Shown piece after piece: positions 25,600-36,502 of a DNA stretch of 64,000 bases (its first letter is position 1; each line of letters starts with the position of its first letter). The notes under the pieces were generated by a model, which did not search any database, had not been told where the DNA came from, and worked only from the letters and a program-made list of their open reading frames with translations. The DNA is taken from the IMG/VR virus record IMGVR_UViG_3300025646_000024, positions 16,264 through 80,263 of that record. One strand, written 5' to 3'. The translations under genes were made by a program, and so were the position numbers. Origin of the DNA: a virus.

Positions 25600-27201
25600 A
25601 TGCCTTCTTTAGTAACTGATAATTTTAGAGTGTTTGCAGCACAGCAGTTCATAGAATCACTTGCAGAGCCTTTTACTGGGCAAGCTCAAGATGCAGATTC
25701 ATCTGCTAGTGCTCAAGCATATAGAAGTAAAATATATCTGTTTATTGGAAGATCCTATAACTGGAATGATCCAAACGGCGCAATTAAGGAAAAATATGCC
25801 CTATTGCCATCTGTTAGCGATCAAACACCACCAAATCCAATTGACAATTTAGATGAATTGAACGAAATTTATGATGATATGATTGCAATTAAACGAATTC
25901 AGCCAGGTGATGTAGCTGAAGTAATTCGTAAAAGAACTTGGCAATCTGGAATTGTCTATGATATGTACAGGCATGACTATGGCCCATCAAATCCAGCAAA
26001 GGCATCATTGCAGGCAAAATTATATGATTCCAATTTTTATGTGATGACTGATGATTTTCGTGTTTATAAGTGCATTTATAATGGTCAAACTCCAGCAGGC
26101 GGGGCATATCCAAACGGAAAACCTTCAACAGTAAAACCTACTGCAACTACTCCTACTATTGACACTACTAGTGATGGATATAGATGGAAGTACATGTATA
26201 CTATTTCTATAACTGACTATATTAAATTTGTTTCTACAGATTTTATACCAGTTAGAATAGAATCTACTGTTGCAAATGCTGCAATTCCTGGTTCAATAGA
26301 TCAGGTACTTATTCAAAATGCGGGATCTGGATTAACAATAAATGGTAGTACCACATCTGGTACTGTACACACTAGTATTGACGGAAATGGAACTGGCGGA
26401 GTTGTTTCTATTACAATTGCTGGAGGAGTAGTTACTGGAGCATCGGTAGTTGCTGTTGGTACTGGATATACATTTGGATATATTGATTTATCTAAATGCT
26501 ATACTCAAAGTAATTTAAGTGGTTCTGTTGTGGGACTAGGGTTAAATTCAAGCAGTGCTAAAATTCTTCCAATTATTTCACCTCCTGGAGGACACGGCAA
26601 AAATGCCATCTATGAATTAGGTGGGTATAGAGTAATGATCAATAAAACTATTGAATTTTTGGATGGCAGTGGCGACATTCCAGTTAATATGGAATTTAGA
26701 CGATTTGGTATTATTGAAGATCCTCAAATCAGTAGTTTAGATTTTGTTGAAACTACTGGAACAGTGTGTAAGGCAGTCAAATTTTTAGATACTACACCAG
26801 AAACAACTACATTTCAAAATGGTCAAATTATAACTCAAACTAGAACAGTTAATGAAGTTACATATGAAGCAAAAGGAAGGGTAATTCATTGGGATTCAAT
26901 TAATAAAGTTTTAAGGTATTATCAAAATGAATATATTTCAGAAACTCAATCGTCAACAAGTAAAAATAAATTAGTACCATTTAATGGAAATTCTCCCATT
27001 ACTAGTGCTACTGGATCTGCTACTCCAGATTCTTCATTTACTGGATCTATTGCAGGGCTACCCGCAATTCAATTTTTGAATGGATACTTTACTTCCGAAA
27101 TAACCCCATACAGTGGCAATATTCTATATGTTGAAAATAGAAAGCCTGTATTTAGATCAAATGATCAGATTGAAGATGTAAAATTAGTGATCGAGTTTTA
27201 A
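25600..27201 (+). CDS. g8: Baseplate wedge subunit gp8
   Basis: FYVMT.DFRVYKCIYNG; DGYRWKYMY; C-term EDVKLVIEF. Confidence 0.92.
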   Translation: MPSLVTDNFRVFAAQQFIESLAEPFTGQAQDADSSASAQAYRSKIYLFIGRSYNWNDPNGAIKEKYALLPSVSDQTPPNPIDNLDELNEIYDDMIAIKRIQPGDVAEVIRKRTWQSGIVYDMYRHDYGPSNPAKASLQAKLYDSNFYVMTDDFRVYKCIYNGQTPAGGAYPNGKPSTVKPTATTPTIDTTSDGYRWKYMYTISITDYIKFVSTDFIPVRIESTVANAAIPGSIDQVLIQNAGSGLTINGSTTSGTVHTSIDGNGTGGVVSITIAGGVVTGASVVAVGTGYTFGYIDLSKCYTQSNLSGSVVGLGLNSSSAKILPIISPPGGHGKNAIYELGGYRVMINKTIEFLDGSGDIPVNMEFRRFGIIEDPQISSLDFVETTGTVCKAVKFLDTTPETTTFQNGQIITQTRTVNEVTYEAKGRVIHWDSINKVLRYYQNEYISETQSSTSKNKLVPFNGNSPITSATGSATPDSSFTGSIAGLPAIQFLNGYFTSEITPYSGNILYVENRKPVFRSNDQIEDVKLVIEF

Positions 27202-27243
27202 AATAAATAATAAGAAGCACAAAAAAACTTGAAGGTTAAATAG

Positions 27244-30200
27244 ATGCAAAATACAGATCTTAGTTTGCAACCATACTTTGATGATTTTACTGAAGATAAA
27301 AAATTTTATAAGGTATTATTCAAGCCAAACTATCCTGTACAGGCTAGAGAGTTAACCACTCTGCAGTCTATGCTACAATACCAAATTGAAAAATTTGGAC
27401 AGCATGTATTTAAAGAAGGTTCGGTAGTTATTCCTGGTCAAACAGGATACAATACTCAATATCATGCAGTATTAGTTCAACCAACTGTAAACTCTATTAG
27501 TTTTGAAACTATTAGAGAAAATTTAGTTGAAAGGACTGTTAGGGGACTAACAAGTAATGTAGTTGCAACTGTAGTTAATAGTATTAGTGCCGAAGAATCT
27601 GAAAAATCTGTAGCTACATTATATGTAAAGTATACTTCATCTGGCAATATTGTCAACGGAGTTCAGTTTACTAAATTTACTAGTGGAGAAACTTTAGTCG
27701 ATGAATTTAATAATCCAGTAGCAGTGACAGCATCTCAAAACGCTACTGATTATGTTGGAAGTGCCGCATACATTACTGAAGGAATATTTTTTATCAGGGG
27801 ATTTTTTGTAACTGTACCTGCACAAACTATTATACTAGATCAATATTCAAATTACCCATCTTATAAAATTGGGTTATCTGTACAAGAGTCTATAGTAACT
27901 GCAGAAACAGATTCTACTCTATATGATAATGCTGTCGGATCTTCTAACTACACTGCTCCTGGCGCAGACAGACTAAAAATTGATGCAGTATTAACAAAAC
28001 AAGATACTAATTTTGGAACAGACTCGGCATTTATTGAACTACTTAGACTAGATGAAGGAAAATTAGTCGAGCAAGTCGATGCTTCAGTTTATGATGAACT
28101 GGAGAAAAATTTAGCCAGAAGAACTTATGATGAGTCTGGAAACTATACTATTAACAATATTAATCTTAGAATTCGTGAAACATATGACGACGGAAGAAAT
28201 AATGGAGTTTACAAATTGAATGATGCTCTTCCAGATGGAAGAAAAGTATTAAATAGAAATCCAACTTCAGAAGATGGTAGTGCAATTAATGGTTTAGATT
28301 ATTATACTATTGAATTGGATCCACTAAAAGCTTATGTAAAAGGATATGAAATTAATAATACCAGTAAAAAATATTTAACAGTAGAAAAACCTAGATCATC
28401 ATTAGCTTTAAATAACCAAGGCATTTCTTCAATTTTTGGTAATTATTTTACATTGAAAGTGAATACTATTATTGGTGGAGTAATTCCAACAGGAACTACA
28501 ATTCAGCTACTAAGTTCAGGAACTCAAGTCGGTCAATGTAGATCATTAGCATTAATCTCTGGTGGAAGATTATTTGTATGTGATGTTACGATGTTTTCTG
28601 TCATCACTACAAATGAAGCAACACCAAATTTAGTGGTAGGAGATTTTATTTTTGGTTCAAATGGCAGTCAAGGAGTAGTTCATGGAGTAAATGGTAATAT
28701 TATTACTGTAAGGCAAACTACTGGAGATTTTTCTAGTGGCGTATCATTTTCTAATAGTAATAATTCTAGTACATATATTATAAACACTGCAGTAAATAAT
28801 AAGATTGAAAATATAACTTCAATTTCTACATCTGGTGGTGCTACTGCAGAATTAGAGTTAGAAAAAGTTTCAATTTCTGGTTCCTCATTTGCAGTAACAA
28901 GCAATATTTTAACAGGAACTTCTACTCAATTTTCAAGAGATTTGAAAGCTGGCATGAAGCTTGAAATTGGCACTAATATTGCTACACTTCAATCTATTAC
29001 TGGAGAATCTGCAACTTTATCTACTGGAAGTATTGCAGATGGAAATTATTATTCTATTAAAAAATTAGTACCAAAATTAAAAACATTTGGCACTAATTTC
29101 TTTTCTAAATTTCCAAATACAGTTAAATCTACATCAGATTTGACATATTATAAAACTATAAACGAAACTAAAGTAGTAACTTCTGGTTCAGGTGGAGTAG
29201 GAAATATCACAATTTCAACTACTGCGGATTATTCAATTTCAACTGGAGATATTAGTGTATCTAATTCTTCTGGATTTGTGTCATATACAGTAAGTCCTTC
29301 ATCTCAGTCCAATAGTGTAATTTTGGTAGTAAGTGATGCATCAATTGGATCTTCAGTATTAGTTACATATAAAGTACGAGTAAACAACCCAACATTAAAA
29401 GGCAAAACTTCTAATAAATTTACTAGTTTACTTGTAGATAAACAAAAAAATAATACAAATACTAAATATGGAACTAGAATTTCCGATAAAGAAATTTCAT
29501 TAAAATTTTCTGATGTATATAGAATTCATGCAATTCATGAGGCTATATCATCATCGGATGCAAATACTAGTTTATTTGACAGTGTAGTAGTAAATAGTTC
29601 CAATCAAATTCAAGTTGGTGATGTATTATATCATGAATTAATTAGTGCAAGAGTCATTTCTATTAGTGGAAATACTTTATACATTAAGTACTTATCTTCC
29701 AATAAATTTCCAGTAATATTTACTCAGCCAATAGAAATTACAGTTGCAGGAAATTCTAATGTACAAGGAAAATTTGTTACTTCTGTAACAAATGGAAATT
29801 ATAGAGATATTACAAATAACTTTAATTTAGTAAAAAATGATTCATCAGAATTTTATAATATCTCTAAATTAGTTAGAAATGATGGAAGACCAGTTCCAAC
29901 CAACAAATTTATTGTAATATTTGATTATTATATTCATTCCAATACATCAAATGATTTCTATACCGCAAATTCATACAATTTTAGTGAAGAGCCTTTTGCA
30001 ACAGTTCCTACAACATACAACGGAATTGCATATACAGATATTGTAGATTTTAGATATGAAACTGCTGCATCCTCAACTTCTGGGACATCTGGAACTCTAT
30101 CGTCTCCTTTTGTTGAAACCAATTCTGCATTTGACTTATTTAATGCTACTTCACTAGCAAATAGACCTGTTAATGTATTTACCTACCCAGGAGAAATTAT

Positions 30201-33200
30201 TAGTGCAGATTATAGTTACTACTTAGGAAGAATTGACAAAATTTTCCTAGATGAAAATAACAATTTATTGGCTCTAAAAGGATCCGAATCAAATTCTCCA
30301 CAAGAACCTCAGGAAATTCAAAATTCACTATTACTAGCTACAGTTACGATTCCTCCATACATGAAGGATGTTTCAACAGCTAGTGTAAAAATTAGTGACT
30401 TTAAACGTTATACAATGAAGGATATTTCATCAATTGATAAGCGTTTAGAGACTGTAGAAAATTTAACCTCACTAAATCTACTAGAAGTTGGAACTAACAG
30501 CTTATTAATACTAGATGAATTTGGAAACAATAGATTCAAAACGGGCTTTATTGCAGATAATTTTAAAAGTACTGACTTTGCAGATTTAAATAATGTTACA
30601 TATACTGCGTCTATTGATACTGAAAATGCAATACTGAGACCATATCCATATGCAACAAAGATTGGAGTAAATTATGATGATGTTTCAACTACAGTGAAAA
30701 AAGGATCTATAGTAACATTACCATATACAGAAGTTGAATACATCAAACAACAGTATGCAAGTAGAGTAGAAAATTTACAACCATTTGAAGTTATTTCATG
30801 GAATGGAGAAATTACACTTGAACCAAATAAAGATGTGTGGTTTGACACTGTTAGAACTGAGACTAATACTCAACAAATAGATTTAACCACTCCTTTTAGA
30901 GCACTATTTGATCGCACAACTGCACTAGCAGATCAATGGAATGATTGGAATAGAAATATTGTTCCTAGACTTCAAGTTGCAGGAGGAACATTAAATGTTA
31001 GTAATACTGGTAGTGTAGACAATACATTTACAACATTTACTCAAGATATTGAAGTTGGAGACAGCATTAATAGTATTGAAGTAAACAGGTTTGTTCGTTC
31101 TAGACTAGTTTATTTAAGTGCTAATAAATTAAAAGCCAATACTGTAATTCATTTCTTTGTTGATGAAGTTCTACATGATGAAATGATTTTCCCTCTGGAT
31201 ATCATTGACATGACCGAAAGGACTGGAACTTTTGTAATTGGAGAAAAGGTATTTTTATCTAATACTGATACAGTAACCACTCCTCCAGAATCAACTACTA
31301 TAGAAACTACTGTAATTAGTTCATCTCTGGGAGATTATACTTCATCTAGTACATATCTATCAATACAGCCACCAACTACATCTGATGGAACTCAGTTAAA
31401 TCCAACAATTTTAAATTCTACATTTTATGTTATTGGAGAAACTTCTGGTGCAATTGGAAAAGTAACCTTATTAAATTCGGCCAGAGTTAAAACAGATGCA
31501 GCTGGTAGCTTAGAAACATTTTTAGTAATTCCTCCAGATACTTTTGAGACTGGCAATTTATCCTTTAAAGTTTGTGATCAAATTACTGGAACTTCAATTT
31601 ATGGTATTTCTGATACTAATGCAGTAGCTACATATGATACTTTAGGAACTACTGTGAATTTGACCAGTAACATTATGTCTCTAGATTTGCCAGAAATTTC
31701 TTCTGGTCCAATTAGAGGAACTACAGTAAGATTTATTCCATTCCCACCACCACCACCACCAGCTGGACGAGATCCAATAGCTCAATCATTCTATGTAGAT
31801 TCCCAGGGTGGAGTGTTCTTATCTTCAATTGATTTATATTTCCAGTCAAAAGATCCAACAATTCCAGTTTCTATTGAAATTAGAACAATGGAGAACGGAA
31901 CACTTACTGATACTGTAGTTCCAAACTCAGTTGCAGTAGTTCAGGCTTCTGATGTAAAAATTTCTTCCGATGCTTCTCTTGCGACTAAATTTACATTCCC
32001 ATCTGTAGTATATCTAAATCAAGACACATATTACGCATTTGTGGCAAGAAGTGATTCAAAATTATATAAAATTTGGGTTTCTAGACTCAATGATTCTGAT
32101 GTAACCACTGCTTATGCTATTGATAAACAACCATATTCTGGGTCACTATTTAAATCTCAGAACATGTCCACTTGGACTCCAGATGATTTTGAAGATGTTA
32201 AATTTACAATTAATCGAGCAAAATTTGCTACTAACTCAACATACACTTGTGTATTAAATAACGATCCAATTGCAGATGCAGCACTAATTCAAAGTCCATT
32301 GCAAATGACTTTGAATTCATCTGAAATTAGAGTTTTTCAGCCAAATCATTGTATGAATACTACACAAAATTATGTTAAAATTTCTGGTGTTACTTCAGAT
32401 GCTCCTGCAACTATACTAAGCAATCCAATTACAATAACGTATATTGGAAATGTTACTGTAGGAAATGCAGCATCAACTACATGGCAGACAATTAATGGGG
32501 CACCTGTCAGTGCATCTAATCCTGGTTATGTAATGATTGATAACGAAATTATTACATACGCTTCTATATCAGGAAATACTTTAGGTATTGTTGAAAGAGG
32601 TGTTGCAGGAACTACTGCAACTGGACATAGCGGAAATGCCCCAGTAATGTGTTACAATTTAAATGGAATTCCACTAATAGAAATTAATAAAGTGCACAAA
32701 ATAACAGAAGTTATTGATTTTGATAATTACAAAATTTCAACTATTAGTAAAGCATCTTCAGATTTAAGAAGTGGAGGAGATACTGCAAAAGCTTCTAAGA
32801 ATATTCAGTATGAAGAATTATATCCAGATTTAAATAATCTAGTTCTTCCATCTACAGATATGTCTATAACATTTACTAGTGTAAGTGGAAGTTCTCTATA
32901 TGGTGCTGCCAATTCATTTACACAACTAAACGAAGAGTCTGTTGAAAATAGACAATATTCTAGAATGAACTCATCTAGATTAATTGCATCCGCCCCAAAT
33001 ACTGCTGTATACTATCCAGGGTATCCATATACTTTAAAATTAAATGTAAAAATGTCTTCTAATTTAGATAATGTTAGCCCTGTACTAGAATTATACGGAT
33101 CTGCCATTAATACGGTGTCTAATAGGTTAAGTAAAAAACTTATAGATAATAGTGTTGATATTTCAGCAGAATTAACACCTTCATCTGGTTTCTATTCATC

Positions 33201-33546
33201 ATACATAACTAAAAAAGTTACATTAGAAGGAGTATCTACATCAATTAAAGTATTCTTGGATGCAGTTAGAACTCAAGGTTTAAATGGAAATTACTCTGAT
33301 ATTAAAGTATTTGTTAGAACTGTTGGTGATGGAAATCTAGGATCATTTAATGAAACTGGTTATGTAGAGGTTCCAGCAGTATCATATCCAAAATCTTCAA
33401 ATTCTAATGATTACAAAGCTTTTGAGTTTGAGTTGAAAAATTTACCTGAATTTAAACAATATGCAGTAAAAATTTGTATGATTAGTGAAGATCAAACAAA
33501 TAACATTAAAATTAGAAACTTTAGAGCTATTTCTCTAGCAGTATAA
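27244..33546 (+). CDS. VrlC-like (DUF4815-type) large virion structural protein
   Basis: PYFDDF...FYKVLFKP.YPVQARELT.LQS.LQ.Q; APGADRL; RFKTGF..DNF; DPIAQSF. Confidence 0.85.
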   Translation: MQNTDLSLQPYFDDFTEDKKFYKVLFKPNYPVQARELTTLQSMLQYQIEKFGQHVFKEGSVVIPGQTGYNTQYHAVLVQPTVNSISFETIRENLVERTVRGLTSNVVATVVNSISAEESEKSVATLYVKYTSSGNIVNGVQFTKFTSGETLVDEFNNPVAVTASQNATDYVGSAAYITEGIFFIRGFFVTVPAQTIILDQYSNYPSYKIGLSVQESIVTAETDSTLYDNAVGSSNYTAPGADRLKIDAVLTKQDTNFGTDSAFIELLRLDEGKLVEQVDASVYDELEKNLARRTYDESGNYTINNINLRIRETYDDGRNNGVYKLNDALPDGRKVLNRNPTSEDGSAINGLDYYTIELDPLKAYVKGYEINNTSKKYLTVEKPRSSLALNNQGISSIFGNYFTLKVNTIIGGVIPTGTTIQLLSSGTQVGQCRSLALISGGRLFVCDVTMFSVITTNEATPNLVVGDFIFGSNGSQGVVHGVNGNIITVRQTTGDFSSGVSFSNSNNSSTYIINTAVNNKIENITSISTSGGATAELELEKVSISGSSFAVTSNILTGTSTQFSRDLKAGMKLEIGTNIATLQSITGESATLSTGSIADGNYYSIKKLVPKLKTFGTNFFSKFPNTVKSTSDLTYYKTINETKVVTSGSGGVGNITISTTADYSISTGDISVSNSSGFVSYTVSPSSQSNSVILVVSDASIGSSVLVTYKVRVNNPTLKGKTSNKFTSLLVDKQKNNTNTKYGTRISDKEISLKFSDVYRIHAIHEAISSSDANTSLFDSVVVNSSNQIQVGDVLYHELISARVISISGNTLYIKYLSSNKFPVIFTQPIEITVAGNSNVQGKFVTSVTNGNYRDITNNFNLVKNDSSEFYNISKLVRNDGRPVPTNKFIVIFDYYIHSNTSNDFYTANSYNFSEEPFATVPTTYNGIAYTDIVDFRYETAASSTSGTSGTLSSPFVETNSAFDLFNATSLANRPVNVFTYPGEIISADYSYYLGRIDKIFLDENNNLLALKGSESNSPQEPQEIQNSLLLATVTIPPYMKDVSTASVKISDFKRYTMKDISSIDKRLETVENLTSLNLLEVGTNSLLILDEFGNNRFKTGFIADNFKSTDFADLNNVTYTASIDTENAILRPYPYATKIGVNYDDVSTTVKKGSIVTLPYTEVEYIKQQYASRVENLQPFEVISWNGEITLEPNKDVWFDTVRTETNTQQIDLTTPFRALFDRTTALADQWNDWNRNIVPRLQVAGGTLNVSNTGSVDNTFTTFTQDIEVGDSINSIEVNRFVRSRLVYLSANKLKANTVIHFFVDEVLHDEMIFPLDIIDMTERTGTFVIGEKVFLSNTDTVTTPPESTTIETTVISSSLGDYTSSSTYLSIQPPTTSDGTQLNPTILNSTFYVIGETSGAIGKVTLLNSARVKTDAAGSLETFLVIPPDTFETGNLSFKVCDQITGTSIYGISDTNAVATYDTLGTTVNLTSNIMSLDLPEISSGPIRGTTVRFIPFPPPPPPAGRDPIAQSFYVDSQGGVFLSSIDLYFQSKDPTIPVSIEIRTMENGTLTDTVVPNSVAVVQASDVKISSDASLATKFTFPSVVYLNQDTYYAFVARSDSKLYKIWVSRLNDSDVTTAYAIDKQPYSGSLFKSQNMSTWTPDDFEDVKFTINRAKFATNSTYTCVLNNDPIADAALIQSPLQMTLNSSEIRVFQPNHCMNTTQNYVKISGVTSDAPATILSNPITITYIGNVTVGNAASTTWQTINGAPVSASNPGYVMIDNEIITYASISGNTLGIVERGVAGTTATGHSGNAPVMCYNLNGIPLIEINKVHKITEVIDFDNYKISTISKASSDLRSGGDTAKASKNIQYEELYPDLNNLVLPSTDMSITFTSVSGSSLYGAANSFTQLNEESVENRQYSRMNSSRLIASAPNTAVYYPGYPYTLKLNVKMSSNLDNVSPVLELYGSAINTVSNRLSKKLIDNSVDISAELTPSSGFYSSYITKKVTLEGVSTSIKVFLDAVRTQGLNGNYSDIKVFVRTVGDGNLGSFNETGYVEVPAVSYPKSSNSNDYKAFEFELKNLPEFKQYAVKICMISEDQTNNIKIRNFRAISLAV

Positions 33547-33550
33547 AATT

Positions 33551-33784
33551 ATGAAAAAAGTAATGGTAGATGGACACCCAGGATTATACAGAGACCTTGA
33601 AAGTGGTGCCATAGTAAATGATAACTTATATGAATATGAATCCTACATGAAAAGTTATCAGAATAGAAAAGATAAGTTTGATAAAATTAATCAAATTGAA
33701 AATGATCTCAGTACATTAAAATCTGAGATGTCTGAAATTAAAAATTTGCTATTAGAATTACATGAACGAACTTCCCCTAACTAA
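33551..33784 (+). CDS. Hypothetical protein (V.GHPGLYRD..SGAIVN, coiled-coil C-term)
   Basis: Small ORF in the position expected after the VrlC-like gene. Confidence 0.8.
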   Translation: MKKVMVDGHPGLYRDLESGAIVNDNLYEYESYMKSYQNRKDKFDKINQIENDLSTLKSEMSEIKNLLLELHERTSPN

Positions 33785-33920
33785 ACAGTTTACTCTTCAA
33801 AAAATTTATAATGATATAGACACTTTGAATGAAGAGGAAGCTAAAAAAATAGCAAAGGAATTTGCTAGACTATACCATATGCAACAACATGTTGTGATGA
33901 ATTTATTAATTAGAAAATAA
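33762..33920 (+). CDS. nblA: NblA-like phycobilisome degradation adaptor, 52 aa; not in ORF track
   Basis: MNELPLTKQFTLQKIYNDIDTLNEEEAKKIAKEFARLYHMQQHVVMNLLIRK aligns by eye with NblA pattern LSLEQQF.L..+...V..+S.EQA...L.....Q.M......+L+. Confidence 0.6.
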   Translation: MNELPLTKQFTLQKIYNDIDTLNEEEAKKIAKEFARLYHMQQHVVMNLLIRK

Positions 33921-33928
33921 TATAAATA
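33921..33928 (+). promoter_or_regulatory. T4-type late promoter
   Basis: TATAAATA upstream of 33952. Confidence 0.8.
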
Positions 33929-33951
33929 TTAGAGAAACCTCTATATTAATA

Positions 33952-34287
33952 ATGGCAGCTGTAAAGAACTTGTATGTTGATCAAGGATCTGATTTTAATG
34001 CTGAAATAACATTATATGATTATTTTAATCAACCTTGGAATTTAGCTTCTTATACAAGTGTAAATGCAAAGATAAAAAAATCTTATTACAGTACAAATTC
34101 TGTAAATTTTACAGCAACTTTTGTAAGTGATCGAACAAGTGGATCTATATTATTGACTTTATCTTCTTCTCAAACATCTTCTTTAGAACAAGGAAGATAC
34201 CTGTATGATGTAGTAATTACTCATTTGGATGGCACAAAAACCAGAGTAATAGAGGGAATTGTTACTATTAATCCTGGAGTAACATGA
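33952..34287 (+). CDS. Virion structural protein (tail-associated)
   Basis: NLYVDQGSDF...GRYLYDVVI...TRVIEGIVTINPGVT. Confidence 0.75.
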   Translation: MAAVKNLYVDQGSDFNAEITLYDYFNQPWNLASYTSVNAKIKKSYYSTNSVNFTATFVSDRTSGSILLTLSSSQTSSLEQGRYLYDVVITHLDGTKTRVIEGIVTINPGVT

Positions 34288-34490
34288 AAACAAATGTAAG
34301 AGTCTCAAATCAACCTCAAGTAATAACTGTTGCAACAAACTTTGCAGCTAAAATTTCATCTGCAGTTGATGTTGACATGACAAATGCATCAACAGGGGCT
34401 CTATTACAATATGATGATACAACCAAAACTTGGTATGCAAGAACTATTATAGAAGAAAGTGGTTTAATTATAAATTGCGGAAACTACTAA
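34284..34490 (+). CDS. Small structural protein
   Basis: DVD.....GALLQYD....W; ends INCGNY like the following fibre. Confidence 0.7.
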   Translation: MKTNVRVSNQPQVITVATNFAAKISSAVDVDMTNASTGALLQYDDTTKTWYARTIIEESGLIINCGNY

Positions 34491-34508
34491 CTATTAGGAA
34501 GTAAAAAA

Positions 34509-36260
34509 ATGGCAACAATTATTAAAATTAAAAGATCTTCTGGAACTAGTCAACCAAACCTTGGTCAAGGTGAATTAGGTTATTCCTGGGGTGCTGGAAC
34601 TTACACAGACGCACAAAATGCCACAGTATCATCTTATGGTAAGATGTACTTGGGTACTGGTACTGAAACTAGTGGAATTGCGGCAAACATAGAAGTTATT
34701 GGTGGTAAGTATTTCACCGATATGCTTGACCATGGACATGGTATATTAACAGCAAACTCAGCAGTTATTGTTGATTCTGCGAGTAAAATTAATGTTTGGA
34801 ATGTAGATAATTTAAGCCTAGATGCAAATACAATTTCATCTACTGATACAGATGGAGACATTGTAATTGACCCAAATGGTACTGGGGAAATTGTTGTTCC
34901 AGATGATACATATTTAACTTTTGGTACAAGTAAGGATACTAAAATTAAATATGACGAAGCTACTGACGATAGACTAGAAGTAACTGGTGCTGATTGGAAT
35001 TTTGCATCTGGTGTTGCAATCAGTGTTAGTGATAGTACTGCATCCACAGATACAACTTCTGGAGCTTTTGTTGTATCTGGTGGAGTTGGTATTGGAGGAA
35101 ATCTAAATGTAGGTGGTTCCTTAAATTCTGGATCTTTAACTGTAATTGATTTTACAGCTTCTGGAGATTTAACAGTTCAAGGTGGAGATATTAATGTAAT
35201 TGCAACCGCAACAAATATTAATATTAAAGATAATACTCCTAGTGCTCTTGCAATTAAAGAAGGTACTAATGAATATATTAAAATTGACACTACAGATGGT
35301 TTTGAATTAATTACATTAGGAACTTCAAATGTTGTTATTTCTAATGATTTGTCAGTTAATGGTGGAGATCTTACAACAAATCAAACTACATTTAATCTAT
35401 TAAATGCAACTGCTACTACAGTAAATGCATTTGGTGCTGCAACCACTATTAACATTGGTACTTCTGCAACTACTACAGACTTTGGTGATTTAAAAATTAA
35501 TGGATCTACTATTTTTGGAGATGAAAATGGTCAAACTATTACCCTTGATCCTTATCCTGCTGGTGGAGACGCTGGTGGTGATGTCGTTGTCAGGGGTAAC
35601 TTTAAGGTAACTGGTACTACAACTACGGTAAATTCTACCGTAATGACAGTAAATGATCCAATCTTTACCTTAGGTGATGCTATCAGTGAAAAGGTACTAA
35701 AAAATTCTGCATCTAATGGTGCAACTACACTAACACTTGATAATACAACAGGTTTAAACACTGGCGATATTATCACTGGAGATGCAAATATTCCTGCAAA
35801 TACTACAATTACAGTAGATAATGCAACACAAGTAACATTAAGTGCTGCATTGACAGGTGGGATTGCAGCTGGAACTACTCTGACCTTCACTCAAGGTGCA
35901 GATGATAACATGGATCGTGGTATTGAATACAGATACTACAACGGAAGCCTTAAGACTGGATTCTTTGGTTATGATGAATCTGGAATCTCTGAGGATGTAA
36001 CCACATATTATTTCACATATATTCCAGATGCAACAAATAGTGGAAACGTATTTACTGGAACAAGAGGTAGTGCATACTTCAAGACTGTAAAGCTTGATGA
36101 TGGTGTTCTAAATGGTGTTGCATTCTTTGATCAGTATAAGAGACTAACTAGAACAGTAGCAGCAGGAACTTCTGATGCAACTACTTCTAATCAAATTTTA
36201 ACTGTAGATGGATCTGGAGTTCCTGTTTGGACTACAACTCTTGACGGTGGAACCTACTGA
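34509..36260 (+). CDS. Tail fibre/whisker-like protein
   Basis: IIKIKRS...P.L..GELGY; G/T/S-rich beta repeats; ends LDGGTY. Confidence 0.75.
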   Translation: MATIIKIKRSSGTSQPNLGQGELGYSWGAGTYTDAQNATVSSYGKMYLGTGTETSGIAANIEVIGGKYFTDMLDHGHGILTANSAVIVDSASKINVWNVDNLSLDANTISSTDTDGDIVIDPNGTGEIVVPDDTYLTFGTSKDTKIKYDEATDDRLEVTGADWNFASGVAISVSDSTASTDTTSGAFVVSGGVGIGGNLNVGGSLNSGSLTVIDFTASGDLTVQGGDINVIATATNINIKDNTPSALAIKEGTNEYIKIDTTDGFELITLGTSNVVISNDLSVNGGDLTTNQTTFNLLNATATTVNAFGAATTINIGTSATTTDFGDLKINGSTIFGDENGQTITLDPYPAGGDAGGDVVVRGNFKVTGTTTTVNSTVMTVNDPIFTLGDAISEKVLKNSASNGATTLTLDNTTGLNTGDIITGDANIPANTTITVDNATQVTLSAALTGGIAAGTTLTFTQGADDNMDRGIEYRYYNGSLKTGFFGYDESGISEDVTTYYFTYIPDATNSGNVFTGTRGSAYFKTVKLDDGVLNGVAFFDQYKRLTRTVAAGTSDATTSNQILTVDGSGVPVWTTTLDGGTY

Positions 36261-36286
36261 TAAATAATTAAAACCATGAGGTAATT

Positions 36287-36502
36287 ATGAATCCAGATGA
36301 AGTAAACAATTTGTTGTCAGTCATGCAAAAGAAAATAAATGATCTGACATCTCAAAATATTATGCTTGAAGCTAAGGTAATTTACCTTAATAATATTGTA
36401 ACTTCACTGCAAAAACAAGTTCCTGTGTCTGATGGAGGATCTTTCGGTGAATCTTCTGACACAGAAACTAAAGAACCAGTAAAATCTAGAAGGTCAGCAT
36501 AA
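36287..36502 (+). CDS. Small coiled-coil hypothetical protein
   Basis: GAGG SD; ATAAATA upstream. Confidence 0.75.
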   Translation: MNPDEVNNLLSVMQKKINDLTSQNIMLEAKVIYLNNIVTSLQKQVPVSDGGSFGESSDTETKEPVKSRRSA

